A stretch of DNA of 64,000 nt from Lama glama (lineage: Eukaryota): the NCBI GenBank assembly GCA_028534125.1, contig CM052816.1, positions 12,464,001 to 12,528,000 on the forward strand. The letters are read 5' to 3'. Below the pieces are notes generated by a model. It was not told where the DNA came from, did not search any database, and saw only the letters and a program-made list of their open reading frames with translations. Below are positions 1 through 13,157 of the stretch, one piece after another. Each line of letters begins with the position of its first letter. Position 1 is the first letter of the stretch. The translations under genes were made by a program, and so were the position numbers.

Positions 1-279
1 TAAGATTATGCTTTTTTTTTTATTGTGTGTGTGAGAGAAACACATAAAGAATTAAACATAGTGAAAATATATAAAGAGCTTAAAATAGTGTATGCATATA
101 CAGAATTAGTGTGCCTCTTTAGATATGCTTAGAGAAAAAGGTGATGCTCCAAAAACATACTCCTGCTCCTATTATTTGAAGATGATGTGTGTACTGTATA
201 TTTATTGCAATGGGTAGAGGATGATGGAAGTTTGGCACAATTTAAAAATGTCATAATAGGAGATATGGCAATGACTTAC

Positions 280-351
280 GGTTTATCTTTGAATCAAGCT
301 TGTGTTTATAGCATTTCAAATGTGGGGATAAGCTTCCCGTCTGTAATGCTG
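280..351 (-). other. Candidate 72-nt exon (unverified)
   Basis: Minus strand: acceptor cctgattctcttgCAG|CAG (NAGNAG) and donor ACC|GTAAGT; one open frame (ALQTGSLSPHLKCYKHKLDSKIN), peptide not recognised. Confidence 0.2.
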
Positions 352-2630
352 CTGCAAGAGAATCAGGCATGATGCAGGGCACCAAGCAATAATGCCTGGA
401 GAACGGAACCTAGGTGCAGGCACTCTCAGCTCGTGCACCACCAACCTATGGGAGTCCCTTTCATAAACACCACAGGCTGTCAAAGACTCCGCTTCAATGC
501 TTAAATGCTCTCTGAACACTGCCAGTCCTACCTAGAAACATGCCTTCCCTTCCTTCACCCCACCAGTAAGCTTTTAGACTGCTACAGTCCCCTGCTCCGT
601 CATTCAGCCATAACGGCCCTCCAAACCCAGCTCTCTCCATTCCATGACTGGTTCAACCAGTCTTGCCCTAGCCATCCCATCACCTAGCCAGGGGGATCAG
701 AGCAGCTGGGCTTTGCCCCACAGCCCCACACCAAACTGCATCACTATCGTCCTCATTGAACTTCCTTCTCTTTTCCCTCTCGACCTTCTCTTGGTCCCCA
801 AATTATCTGCCACCGTAATCTCTCCCACAGCAAGAGAATGCTCTATTCCCTAGTAAAAGCAGGAACTGTTGCAGAAGTTGAAATGTGCCTCCGTCTTGTC
901 GTGTGGTGCTGGGGTACCACACTCAGTAACCCATTAGGTATGAAAATGGGTTTTGGCTAAGGGGAAGTAGTCTCCCACTTCGGAAGGGAGGGGGTCACGT
1001 AGAAGCAGAAGAAAGTTGAGTGAGACTCTCCCAATTGCCCCTCCCCCATCTGCTCCAGGCTCAGCACTGTGCATACCCCACAGTGTTGCCATGCCGAAGG
1101 AAAGGAAGAAGGGCCTGCGACAGCTTACTGGGAGATGCTGCAGTCGGGGCCACCCGAGGCAGCAGGCAGCTTATGACCTCGTAGGACCTATGCTTGCACC
1201 AATTATCTCAAAACTTAAGGGCTCCAGATACGCTCTCAAATGTAAGCACTCTGAGACCAAGAAATTGCTGTCTCTGTTCTACTGCTGTATCTGCAGTGCC
1301 TACAGGAATATCTGTACACGGTAGATACCAACCCCCAAATTTCAATTTTGTGAATCAATGTCTTGCACTGGCTTTGGCCATTATATTTGTATTACCATAT
1401 TCCTCTTTCAGGAAAGCTTAGGATGAACAGTCTTTGTATCTCCAGATTTCCCTAAAGAAGTTATCAGATATTCAACGATACTTTCTTCTTTATTGGAAAA
1501 AAAATTAATAAAAATAGTTACTTTTACGTAGCGTCCTCAGTGAGGATAAACAAAGATCCAAGTGCACCCTTCTCAGAATGAAGAGCCCTCATTATTGCAC
1601 CAAAGAAATAGCTGACACTTTTGAAGTCTGCATGAGAAATGCGTTCAGACGTTTTGCCTGCTTGCCAGGTACCGGCACTCCTGAAGAACAGAGGGAGTGA
1701 TGCTGAGCGCAGAGCACGCCTCAGATGAGATAATGGAGCTCTGAGTGGGTACTTTTATCACAGGTCACGTCTGCCCAGGAGCAGCTATGAAAGGGGATGA
1801 GAACCTTTCGTCTCAGCTCCGACGCAGAGGTCTGGTTGTGAACAAAATCGCTCAGATGATGAGGTGCAGGGTCCCCCTCATCTCACATGCTTGAAAAGAA
1901 AAAGGAGGAAATCTCAAGCAGCAGGTTGAAGCTGCTGCACTGCCTTCGAAGCACGGTAACCTCAAAACACAGTGTTACAGAGTCGGGACGCACAACAAAA
2001 GGGCAGCGCAACTGCCTGGACGGACCCCGCAGTCCTGGTGGCTTGAAACTTCAGGGCTATTGTTTTTTGTTTGTAATTTGTCACCATGAACATCTCTCCA
2101 TCAAGACTGTAAAGCCCGAGCCTAATGCTTTCTTAAAAGGAATTAAAACATGGCCTAACCCAGAAAAAAGACATGACTCGTACAAACAACTCCTGGTAAG
2201 GGGAAGGAGGCATCCCACACCACCAGGGCAGGGAGAAGAGAATGAGCTTGGAGAGCGGCTTACTTCTCAACATCGAGCTTTCAATGAGAAATCTTTACAT
2301 ATGAAACCCCAGGGACTTCCCAAAGAAATTGTAATGACTTTGAAAAGCTTCTGGTATCTAATTAGGACCCTAACCACAAACTTTGGCATTATTTCTACGA
2401 GAAAATAAATGCTAGATTCGACATTTATGTAATTGCAGAAATGTAGCCCATTCTAATTTGGGCACCCCCTTACAAAGCTGGCTGAAAGAACAGTCAACAT
2501 TCCCTGGTTATTATCAGGTGCAGAAGATAAAGTAGTATTAATAATAATTAATATTAATAACAAGGAGACACTCTCTTAGAAAATTTGATTTGTGTTATGC
2601 CCATGTGACAAAACAAAAACATATAAAATT

Positions 2631-2875
2631 CATGGAAACAGCCTAAATGTCCATCGACATTTGACTGGATAAAGAACATGTGGTATATTTATACAATGGA
2701 ATACTACTCAGCCATAAAAACCAAAAACATAACGCCATTTGCAGCAACATGGATGTTCCTGGAGAATGTCATTCTAAGTGAAGTAAGCCAGAAAGAGAAA
2801 GAAAAATACCATATGAGATCGCTCATATGCAGAATCTTAAAAACAAAACAAAACAAAAAACAAAAAAATAAAAAC
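2631..2875 (+). mobile_element. Young L1 fragment: ORF2 C-terminus plus A-rich tract
   Basis: Translates to [52 protein letters not shown], the L1 ORF2 C-terminus; followed by an (AAAAC)n/A-rich run. Confidence 0.93.
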
Positions 2876-5800
2876 TTGATATGGGTACTTCTGGTTTTAT
2901 GAATGCTTTTATTTTTTGAAAGATAAGGGCAAATTTTTAAAACTTCATTTTTTAACAAAGATAATTTTTACTGAAAGAAAATAAGTTAGAGACTGGTTGG
3001 ATGGGTAACTTCCTGAATTTTAACTTATGTAGCAAAAAAAGTACACAGCATAAGAACTTAAGAAGAGCACAGAGTTGACATACACATATATGGGCTTAGG
3101 GTCTACTGACTCACCGTTATTTCTCCAGCAAGGCTAGGATACTAGTAAGAATGATGGTGTGCCAATTTCTTATCAAAAGAAATTTGAGACTTCAGTCCTC
3201 CTCAATCCCAATCCATGTCTTATCCCCATCTGCTAAATTTACTGAGTTTGACTGGGCTCAGTGTTACAGTGAACAGCTTTTCTAGAGGTCACACTGCAGT
3301 CAGAGGGGGGCCACCTCTGAGATCTTAGAGAAATTAACTCTTCCAAAGAGCTAGTACATTTCAAAATCCCAGTCCCAGATTAAGGCCAGGCTAAAACCAG
3401 GTAGCTACTACAGGGTATGGGAGGAGAATTTTGATGGAAGCACCTTTCCTCTTGTGCCCAAAGTGCTTCTTTCACTGGCCAGTCAAGAATTCCACCATGT
3501 TGAAAACAGTTAACACTAACAACAGTGACTCAAAGTTTAATAGTTTATTAGTGAATTTTATATAGCTATAATCACATTTTAATCTTTAAACCTGTGAAAT
3601 AAAATGACTCTTCTTTGATATGCCAAATTAGTACATTGCAATTCATACTAATTCAGGACGTTTCCCAAGGTTCCACAGTCAGCATGAATTCTGTCATCTC
3701 TTCTCTTAGGGCATTCTGTATTCAGGGTCTCCTATGAAAATCCACAAAGACGAAGACATCAGGAACTGGTGAGGAAAGACTGACAACTAAGGATGAAACA
3801 GCTTCTCTCTAACATCAAGGTGAGAGGAAAACCAGAGGAATGGGATATATTTCAGGTCCCTTTCGATGGTGAGGTGGAAATGTGGTCAGACTAAGAAGTC
3901 AAAGCTTGTTGGCTTGCGGACTTTGGCAAGAGACTCTGAAGCATCAGAGGCTGTCCTGGGCACGTGGAGTTGGGACATCAACTCAGAGGAGGAGGGACAT
4001 GAGCTGCAAGGGGTAGAAAGTTCAAGGATACAGGGACAAACAGTTGTCCCTCCACAAGCTGTCTACGATGAGTTTTAATTACAGATCACCTTCCCAATAA
4101 TGCAAACAGGAGCCTCTGGCTCTATCTGCAGGGAAGAAAGAGCCCACGGGACCAAATTCATTTAGATCCTCCTCCACCTCCTCCCAGGCACCCATTCATT
4201 GGGTACACCTGTGACAGCACCGGACTGAATGATTTTTACCAGCCAGCTCCTCCATCTCAGGTACGATTAGTGAGATACGCTGAGGGCAGCCGGTACTGTT
4301 TCTTGAGTAACAGGCGCTGAAGCCTGGAACTTCAGAGAAAAGTGGCCAGATTCTCTGCCAGTGTGAGCACTTAAAGAAGGTCCAGGGTTTTGACCTGTTC
4401 TCTTGGAGTGCTGCTTGTTTGTGTTTCTTTCTTTTTGTCCCCCACTCAGCTTTTATGCTATCATCATGGTGGTGAGACTATTTCATTTAGGTCCAGTTTT
4501 GGCACATGATTTGGCAAATGACCAAAGTCAACTGGTCATTTTCAAATGCTCAAAGTGGATATCCCAAAGTAAACCTAACACTTTTAAATCTGATACTCTG
4601 CTTTCCTGTAGCAATGCTGTCTTCTCTCTCTCTCTCATTGTAGTAACACTAACTACACACATCTTCTGGGTGATTCACTCCCTTCCTCCGTTCCTCCCTT
4701 CCTCCCTTCCTTGGGTCTTTTGAAACCACGATTGTTATGTGTTGCTGGATAAAATGCCACCTTTAAGTCTGTACTGTATTAGGCTTCATTCTTTCCTTTG
4801 ATTCACCAATCCTGTTCCTTGAGATGGGTTAATTTGACATAGTATGTTCGAGCCCAGATTATCTGAGAATTTGCCACACGTTCAATCTCAGGATTATGTT
4901 AGATCCAATACTTCTCAATACCAAAGTACTTCTTGGGGGGTTAAAAGGAATACGGTTTCTAAATGTGGAAGGGGTGCATCTTTCCCCTTACTCTGGCCAG
5001 TGGGGAAGTATTCTGAACCAGCCAAAGGCTTAGGTGGGAGACGAGAGAAGTGCCCACTTGCAGTCCCAAAGAGATGAGACCAAGAGAAAGTAACACGCTG
5101 CGACTGATACTTGTTTCCCTCTCTGCTTCCCTACTGAAGATTCAGCTTGCTGGGGGAGATGTCTGAGGTCCTCCTCATAGTTAATGGATAAGTGTGCTCA
5201 AGAGAAGGTTCTCAGATCACCTGCCTCTGAGCCAGGGTGTTGATGTGATGAAACCCCCAGTTCCAAACTTCCTTGGGAAATGCAGTGCATTCATGCTCCA
5301 AGTACAAAGCCTCTCAAACTCACTTTGAAAGTTTGCTTAGAGTGTATATAAATCAAACTGAAAGACTTAATTATGAAATCCCAGGGCTGGCCATGAAGAT
5401 AATAAAGTGCCCGGGTTTCTGTTTTAATAGACGTGTTAATATTTTAGCAGCTCCTAACTGCCTGTGTTCTATTCCACCATCCATGATTAAAGTTTGATTT
5501 TAATAGAGCTTCCCCCTAAAAAGTGAGATTTGTGTTTCAACCCTGTGTTATTTCACTGGTTTGTCCTTTCGAACATATAACTGATGTCTTCCTCTTAGCC
5601 ATTATCTCTTGATGGGGCAGAACCAGTAAAGTCAGAGTTGAGCCTTGTGGGGTGACTAACATACACAACACAACAACAGCTATCAGTTCACCAGCCGGTC
5701 CTTCCTGTGTCCTCATGTGCCATTTATCCCACATATAGGTTGGAGAGTAAACCTAATTTTAATAAACGACTTTCCTGCTCAAAAAAAACCACAAAAAACT

Positions 5801-6019
5801 CTCTCCTTTAATTGGGAATCATAACTTGAGGCCTCTGCAGAATTGAGGAGTGAAAGGAAGCAGGTTAAGTTGTTCTGAGAAACTCTTTAGCTTCTGCCAT
5901 TCAGGTGAAAAATATATGAAAGGTATGAAAAATATGAAAAGCAATAGATTCTAAGATCCCTCAATAGAGTCTTGAAAAAGGCAACTTCTGTTATCTTAGA
6001 AGAAAACTTTCTAGTTATA

Positions 6020-6335
6020 TTTAACTTCTTTAAATATATATGTACATAGATGTTCATTGTAAGAACATTAGAAAAATCAGGAAAGAACACTGACAAAACA
6101 TAAAACCACCTGCCTACAATTTCATCACAAAGAGGGAACAATGTTTACTCTGTTGGTGTGAATCCTTTCAGACTGTATACCACCATCTTTCCACAACTAT
6201 AAAGATACATCACTGACATTATATTTAACTGCTTCATGGTGGTTCACTGGTTGTACTAAAAGTTTATCTTTTTTCAAAGCAAGATGAGTTGTTTGGTATC
6301 TACTGGAACCTACTGTGATACAATAAAAGCCATTA
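6020..6335 (-). mobile_element. Ancient L1 (L1ME-like) 3' fragment
   Basis: atgttcattgtaagaacattagaaaaatcag..aatttcatcacaaagagggaacaatgtttactctgttggtgtgaatccttt resembles antisense L1ME 3' UTR; highly diverged. Confidence 0.45.
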
Positions 6336-6949
6336 GGATAAAGTGGTTTCTAATTTTTCCTACGGGTACAAGCATTCAGAAAAGGAGATTTGATTAAGAG
6401 AATATGGAGACAAATCAAAATCTTTAATCCAGGGCTTAGTCTTTCAGAATCATGATTTAATCTAAAACAGGGCGCCTCCTTAGAGCTGTCATTTAAAAAA
6501 TACGCTTGCTCTTGTCTCTGATGCTGTTTTAACGCAACCGCTGGTAAGAACCCACTCTTCACAATGCCAGAGCCAGACCAAGCATATTTTAAAGTGGCAG
6601 GTCTAATTTCCAACTTCAGCCCCAGTAGGATGAATATAAATCATCACTCAGAGAAGTAAACACCAGAGGTCCTGGTCAGCAACTCATCCTTCTCAATAAA
6701 CTTTTCAAACACCAAAACTTAGTCTCACAGAGATAACCAGAGAGCTGAAGGCAAGTCTGCAAGCAAGAAATGGTTCATAATACTATGCAGTAGGGTCCAA
6801 CACCGGGCGTAGTGTGAAGAAAAAAACCCTAAATTTACAATGAATCAGCCATGTCCTTTGCCTTATGTTAAAATCAGATACCTGTAATAACCTGTAGATT
6901 TGCTACCATCAAGCTATATGGTGATAATCAGATGAACAGTCATTTTACG

Positions 6950-7422
6950 GGGAAGGGGTAATTTGAGGCAAAGACAACAGGATATGCAAAGAGACAGGGT
7001 ACTGCACGTTAGCACCAGAAGTAGTTTGATATGACTAATGCATCGATTATATGTGGGCTTGTCAGGCAACATCAACACGGAGAGATGAAGAAATCAACAA
7101 GTGCTAGATCAGATGGTAAAGGGCCTGCTAGTCAATGGTTCACAAACACTGGAATCATCTAGGGGAGCTTTAAAAAAATACGAATGCCTGGTCTCATTCT
7201 CAGAGCTTCTAATTTAATTGGTCTTGGGTACAATCTAGGCATCAGGGTTGTTAAAACACTCTAAGTAACTCCAATACAAAGCAAAGTTTGAAAGCCACTC
7301 TTCTAGGCCATTATAAGAAACATGAACTTCATCTAAGGATAATAAAAAAAATGTCAAATCATTATTTTTAAAGCACAGGGGTGTCATATTTAGATTTGTG
7401 TTTTCAAAAGATTATTCTGCAG
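6950..7422 (-). mobile_element. L2 fragment (left part; interrupted by MER5, continues at ~17150)
   Basis: tttagatttgtgttttcaaaagattattctg and aagcacaggggtgtcata resemble antisense L2. Confidence 0.55.
7133..7300. mobile_element. MER5-family hAT-Charlie MITE
   Basis: Ends caatggttcacaaa..gtttgaaagccact; internal gaatcatctaggggagctttaaaaaaata; degenerate 8-bp TSD tgctagtc/ttctaggc. Confidence 0.8.
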
Positions 7423-7499
7423 GATTTGGGGGAAATGAAAGAGGCAGCAGCACTGTTTGTAAACACTTTGAAAACCCAAATAACAAGAGGCAACTTCAA

Positions 7500-9008
7500 A
7501 ACCAGCATATATAGTCAATTAATTTGTGACAAAGACATCAAGCATAAACAATGGGGGAAAGACAGTCTCTTCAATAAATGGTTCTAGGAAAACTGGACAG
7601 CCACATGTAAAAGAATGAAATTGTACCCCTACATTACAGTATACACAAAAGCAACTCACAATGGGTTAAAGACTTAAATTTAAAACCAGAAACCATAAGA
7701 CGCCTAGAATAAAATGTATGATTTAAACTACTTCACATCAATCTTAGCAATGAGTTTTTTGGACCTGACACCAAAGGCAAAGGCAACAAAAGCAAAAATA
7801 AATAAGTGGGACTACACCAAACTAAAAAGCTTCTGCACAGCAAAAGGAACCATCAACAAAATGAAAAGGCAATCTAGGTAATGGGAGAAAATATTTACAA
7901 ATCATACACCTGATTGGGGTTAATAACCAAAATATATAAAGAACTCACACAACTTAAAGCAAAACAAAACAAAACAAAAAAACAACCCCAAAAAATCTGA
8001 TTAAAAAATGGGCAGAGGATTGAATAGACATTTTTTCAGAGAAGACATACAAATAACCAACAGGTACATGAAAAGGTACTTAACATCACTAATAATCAGG
8101 GAAATGAAAATCAAAACCACAATGAGATATTACTTTACACCTGCTAGGATGGCAATCAAAAAATAAAAGACAAGAAATACCAGGTGTTGGTAAAGATGTG
8201 GAGAAAGGGGAACACTTGTGCACTCTTGATGGGAATGTAAATTGGAACAGCTACTATTGAAAACTGTATGGACTTTCCACAAAACATTAAAAAACAGAAC
8301 TAACATATAATCTAGTTATCCCACTTCTGGGTATACATCCAAAGGAAATACAATCAGGATTGTAAAGAGATATCTACACTCCCATGTTCACTGCAGCATT
8401 ATTCACAATTTCTAAGGTATGTAAATAACCTAAGTGTGCATCTCTACATGAATGGATAATGAAACTGTTATGCATATAATATATATTTATAAATACATAC
8501 CATGGAATATTATTCAGTCAAGAGAAAGAAGGAAATGTTGCCATTTGTGACAACATGGATGGAGCTTGAGGACATAATGCTACGCAAAACGAGTCAGACA
8601 AAGACAAATAGTGCATGGTCTCACTTATATCTAGAACCTAAAAAAGAAAGTCAAACTCATAGAAATAGGTAGTAAGAAAGTGGCTGCTAAGGGGTAGGGA
8701 TGAGGTAAGTAGGAAGAAGTTGGTAAAAGGGTACAAACTTTCGGCTCTAAGATGAATGAGGTCTGAGGATCTAACATAATATGATGACAATAGTTGATTA
8801 CAAAGTAGTGTATTACTGAAATTTGCTAAAAGAGTAGAACTTAAATGTTCTTAAAATAAATAAATAAATAAGGTGATGCATGTATTTAACCAGATGGGAG
8901 GAATTCTTTCACCATGCATATGTGTGTGTCAAGCATCACAATGTATACTTTAAGTATCTTATCATTTTATTTGTCAGTTGTATCTCAAAATGCTGAAAAA
9001 TAAAATAG
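7500..9008 (+). mobile_element. 5'-truncated L1 (L1MA9-like), 3' ORF2 and 3' UTR
   Basis: ORF2 remnant [12 protein letters not shown] with many stops; 3' UTR ggtacaaactttcggctctaagatgaatgaggtctgaggatcta..tatctcaaaatgctgaaaaataaaa. Confidence 0.92.
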
Positions 9009-10542
9009 AATTCAAGAGAGAAAAAAGTGGCAAAACAAAATTCATGGACGATACTTAAAACTAGACAACAAGATAACTGCACAAATAACAAATACAAGCA
9101 GGAGTGGACAAACCATCTATAGCCATATGACCTGTAGGACAATGACATCTGTGGGGAAAGAAGCAACACAGTGGGACCTAAAGGATTGGAGAATAGAAGA
9201 ACCTCGAGAGAGACAACAGACAAGCTCTGGAAAGCACAGAAAGCCAATCAGAAAGGAGCAGCAGACACTGGGACTTTTTTTCCCCCTCCAATACGGCTGG
9301 AGGGCCCACAGCGTGGACTGAACCTACAGGAGCACTCTAGCCCCTGCAATCCCTAATGACTGACCAACCAGGACTCCTTTCTAAGACACGTCCTCTACTG
9401 AGAAGAAACTACTGGGAATGGAATAAACACTAAGTAAGAGAAAACAGAAAGAAAAAGAAAGTATAGGTCAAAATGAGGAGAACATAGCCAGGAAATCTGA
9501 GAAAGCAGCAATCCTGTTTTTAAACATTACACCAAAACAACAGAAGGGAGAGCTCTGTACAATTAGAACATTCCCAAACCTCACCTCATTTTAGAAGGTC
9601 AGGAAGATAATTTCCCATAAAAACGAGCAACATAAAATGTTGAGCTCAAATTCTATGCAACAATATAAAAAAGTAAGACTAAGTGAGAGAGTAACAACTT
9701 CCAAACATATTATAAGGAATAGGAAAAAAAAAAGAGCAAAATAACATATTTACAGACAATGAATGCACGCCAGAATAACATCCACATAACAGAGATTAAA
9801 ACTATAATGCACTGTTACAAAATGAGTTCAAATACATTAAGAGATTAATACAAAACACTGAAGAACAACACAAATTGGAATAGAAAAGACACAGAATTTA
9901 GATGAAAGTATTTATGAAAGAATTATAACAAAGGAATAAATAATTTAAGAAATAAAGATTAAACTAGAAAGAACACAAGAGTGTAAAAACACAATAGATG
10001 TTTTAACAGAAATAAAAGGTGAAAAAAGGATACTTACAAAAATTTAAAACTAAGAAATCAAAAAGGTTCTAAAGGAAGTGAGAAATACTGAGCATAGGCA
10101 AACATTTTTCAATAAGCAGGTAACAAGCATTGCTAAAAAAGAAAACTAAAGCAAGGGAACAGAGAAAGTATTAAGATACATGAATTAAGAAAATACAAAT
10201 ATTTCATATATGTACATATGAATTCAGGGAAAAGAAAAAATATGTGGCTCATTAGGTAAAGAATATTAAATTATCAACAGACTTTTTGACAGCAATACTT
10301 TATGTCAGAGGAAAATGAAGTATCATATTTATGCTCAAGGAAAGAAGATATAAGCTAAAATTTTATATCTAGCAAAACTAACAGGTATAAATGGCACAAA
10401 TTATTTTTAATTGTAAGAACTAAGGGAATATTCTCTTGAGAACTTTCCGTAAAATCTATAATAGAAAAAGACTTGGCTAACCAAAATCACTAAAGAGGTA
10501 GCAAGATAAAAACTTGTGGTTAACATTAACTACGTATTTATT
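9009..10542 (+). mobile_element. HAL1-like / very old L1 5' region with degenerate ORF1
   Basis: 10262-10385 translates, with a stop and a frameshift, to NIKLSTDFLTAILYVRGK*SIIFMLKERR..ILYLAKLT, matching the L1 ORF1 C-terminal domain; strong A-richness. Confidence 0.7.
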
Positions 10543-10872
10543 TGAAGTGGTAGTTTACTACCGTGTCAATTTAACCAAGCTAGAATTGTGTTTTCCAGAA
10601 TTCCTCCTTCTGTATATTCCTAGATTAGAGTTGTTTATAAAAGAAATTTGCATAAAATTTGGAAGGTAGAAGTAAAACTGCAGCCATTATTCAGTAAGTG
10701 TCAGTATGGGACTTCATGTACTACTATAGCTGGCCCATGTAGTTGCTGGCTGCTAGCTCATCTTGTTGGTATCTGGCATCAGCCAGGTCCCAACACCCTT
10801 CAGTTCCTATTAAATACCCTTCTTCAGCTTCTCTGACTCCTAGTCAAGCATGTGTGCAACATTAAGGCATCA
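10543..10872 (+). mobile_element. ERVL LTR 5' part (MLT2E/F-like)
   Basis: gtgtcaatttaaccaagctagaattgtgttttccagaattcctccttctgtatattcc..atttggaaggtagaagtaaaactgcagcc resembles the MLT2E/F start. Confidence 0.65.
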
Positions 10873-11088
10873 GTGACTGTTAAACTCATATCTAGAGGGC
10901 TCAGAAGCCAACTGAAGAAGCTCCCACAGGCCAAAGATAGAACAATTGTAGCTTCACAATAATAATAAATGCAATAGATTTCAACCCCTCAAATAAGTTT
11001 AAATCCATGAGTTTATGACGATAGTAAAAAAAAAAAAATTGTAACTTATAATATATAGAGGATGACAGAGGATCAATTCATTATCTTG
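10873..11088 (+). mobile_element. L1MC5-like 3' UTR, left piece
   Basis: gaagaagctcccacaggccaaagatagaacaattg..aaatccatgagtttatgacgatagtaaaa. Confidence 0.6.
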
Positions 11089-12539
11089 ACACCAAAATAT
11101 GCATAGTAAGGATACCAGAAGGAAAGAAGAGAGAAAGAGAAAAAAATACTTGAAGAAGTAATGGCTAAAATATTTCCAAATTTGATTAAAAACATTAATT
11201 TACATATTCAAGAAATTCAACAAACTCCAAGTGGGATAAATACGGAGATACACAAGACACATCATAGTAAAAGGGTTGAAAGACCAAGACAAATGCTAAA
11301 AGCAGGATGAGAAAAATGACTCATCATGTACAAAAACTCCAATAAGGTTAACAACTGACTTCACCAGAAACAAGGGAAGTGAGAATGCGGTGGGATGACA
11401 GAGCCAAAGTGTTAAAAGTAAAAACTATCAGCCAAGAATACTATATGCAGCAAAACTATCCTTTTAAAATGAAGGCAAAAGACCAAAACCAAAACCAAAA
11501 CCAAACAAACAGAACATTCCCAGGCAAATAAAACCTAAGAGAATTTCTTACTAAAAGATTTTCCTTGCCAGAAAAAAACTAAAGGTTTTCATGCTAAAAA
11601 GGAAGTGATACCAGATGGTAACTGGAATCCACGTGATAAAACAAAAAGTGCCATTAAAGGTAATTACATAGGTAGTCACAAAAGATAGTATAATTACTTT
11701 TTTCATTTCTTTTGTTCTCTTTACTGATTTACAAAGCAATTACATAAAACAGTATGATATAATTGTAACATGAATCCTATATTATACAAAATACATTTGA
11801 TGATAACACACAGAGAGACTAGTCAGAACAAAGCAGTACTAGATTAAGAAAATGAAACCAACTCAAATCCAAAGAAAGTAAGTAGAGAACTAGAAGGAGC
11901 AAATAAGAAAGTTAACATAGCAAACTCAGTAAACATATACTCACTTTTTCTTCTCGTAGCTTCATTAAAAGATATAAGATTATGCAAAGTGAGAATTATA
12001 ACAACATATTGTTTGATTGGCAACATATATAAACATAAAATGGAAAACAGTAAAAGTACCAAAACAGTGGAAAGATGGGAAGGAATGGAATCACATAAAA
12101 GTAACATTTCTATATTTCCCTGAGGCTGTGAATATATCTGAAATAAATCATGATAAATTAAAATGTTTATTATAAGGATTAAAGCAACCACTATGAAAAG
12201 AAATTTAAAAATTCAAAAAGGAAAGAATGGTACACTAAAAATTACACTTATTACAAAAGAAGGTAACAAAGAGAAAAAATATTAAAAAAATACATGAGAC
12301 ACATAGAAAACAAAAAAACAAAATAGCAGATATAAATCTAACCATATAAATAACATATGTAAATGGTTTAAACAATGCAGTCAAAAGGCAAGGACTATGA
12401 AATGGAATATAGTACACGATCCAACTGTATGCTTTGTGTAGGGGATTTGCTTTAGATGCAGAGATACAAATAATAGAAGTATAGAATAAGATATACCAAG
12501 TAAACAACAACCATAAAAGAGCTGTCGTAGCCAGATTAA

Positions 12540-12709
12540 TGTATTAGGTATTATAAGTAATCTAGAGATGATTTAAAGTATTTGGGGGAATATACATAGG
12601 TCATATGCAAATACTACATAATTTTATACGAGGCACTTGAACATCTGCAGATTTTCGTATCCACATAAGTGTCCTGGAACCAATCCCCCATGGATACTAA
12701 GGATAACTG
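12540..12709 (+). mobile_element. Tigger3-family TcMar DNA transposon, right end only
   Basis: tgtattaggtattataagtaatctagagatgatttaaagtat..tcctggaaccaatcccccatggatactaaggataactg followed by TA. Confidence 0.88.
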
Positions 12710-13094
12710 TATATATAATGACAAGTACATCCCCAAAATACATGAAGTAAAATCTGACAGAATTGAAGGAAAATAAAAACAAAATTCAACAATAATAGTT
12801 GGAGATTTCAATACCTAATTTCAGTAACAGTTAAAACAAACTAGGAAGAGTAAATTAAAAGAAAGCTTGAACAATAATATAAATAGATTAAGTATTTAAA
12901 AATATATAGAACACTTCATCCAAGAACAGCAGAATTTACATTCTTCTCAATTGCACAGGAGTATTCTCCAGGATGAACATACGCTAGGCCATACAATAAG
13001 TCTTGAAAAATATAAAAGGACTGAAAGCATACAAAGCATGTTTTCAATCAAAGTAAAATTTAATTAGAAATCAGTCAGTGAAAATTAAATTATT

Positions 13095-13157
13095 TTTTTA
13101 AATTGAAGTATAGTCAGTTTATATTGTGTCAATTTCTGGTGTACAGCATAATGTTGC
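13095..13157 (-). mobile_element. ~60-bp young L1 3' terminus
   Basis: ttttaaattgaagtatagtcagttta..tttctggtgtacagcataatgtt is antisense to the end of the L1 at ~42095-42155; flanked by aaattatt repeats. Confidence 0.8.

Noticed and set aside
1887..2408. Longest gap-free ORF (173 aa)
   Set aside because: No recognisable domain or homology, and no promoter or splice context; a single ORF of this length is plausible by chance in 64 kb
2678..2902. 74-aa ORF MWYIYTMEYYSAIK..
   Set aside because: It is the C-terminal remnant of L1 ORF2, not a gene
4213..4229. REST/NRSE-like cagcacc-ggactg
   Set aside because: Half-site spacing is wrong (0 rather than 2 nt) and the flanks mismatch
4420..4477. Pyrimidine tract plus a 22-nt plus-strand microexon
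   Set aside because: Not frame-preserving, modest donor, no supporting neighbours
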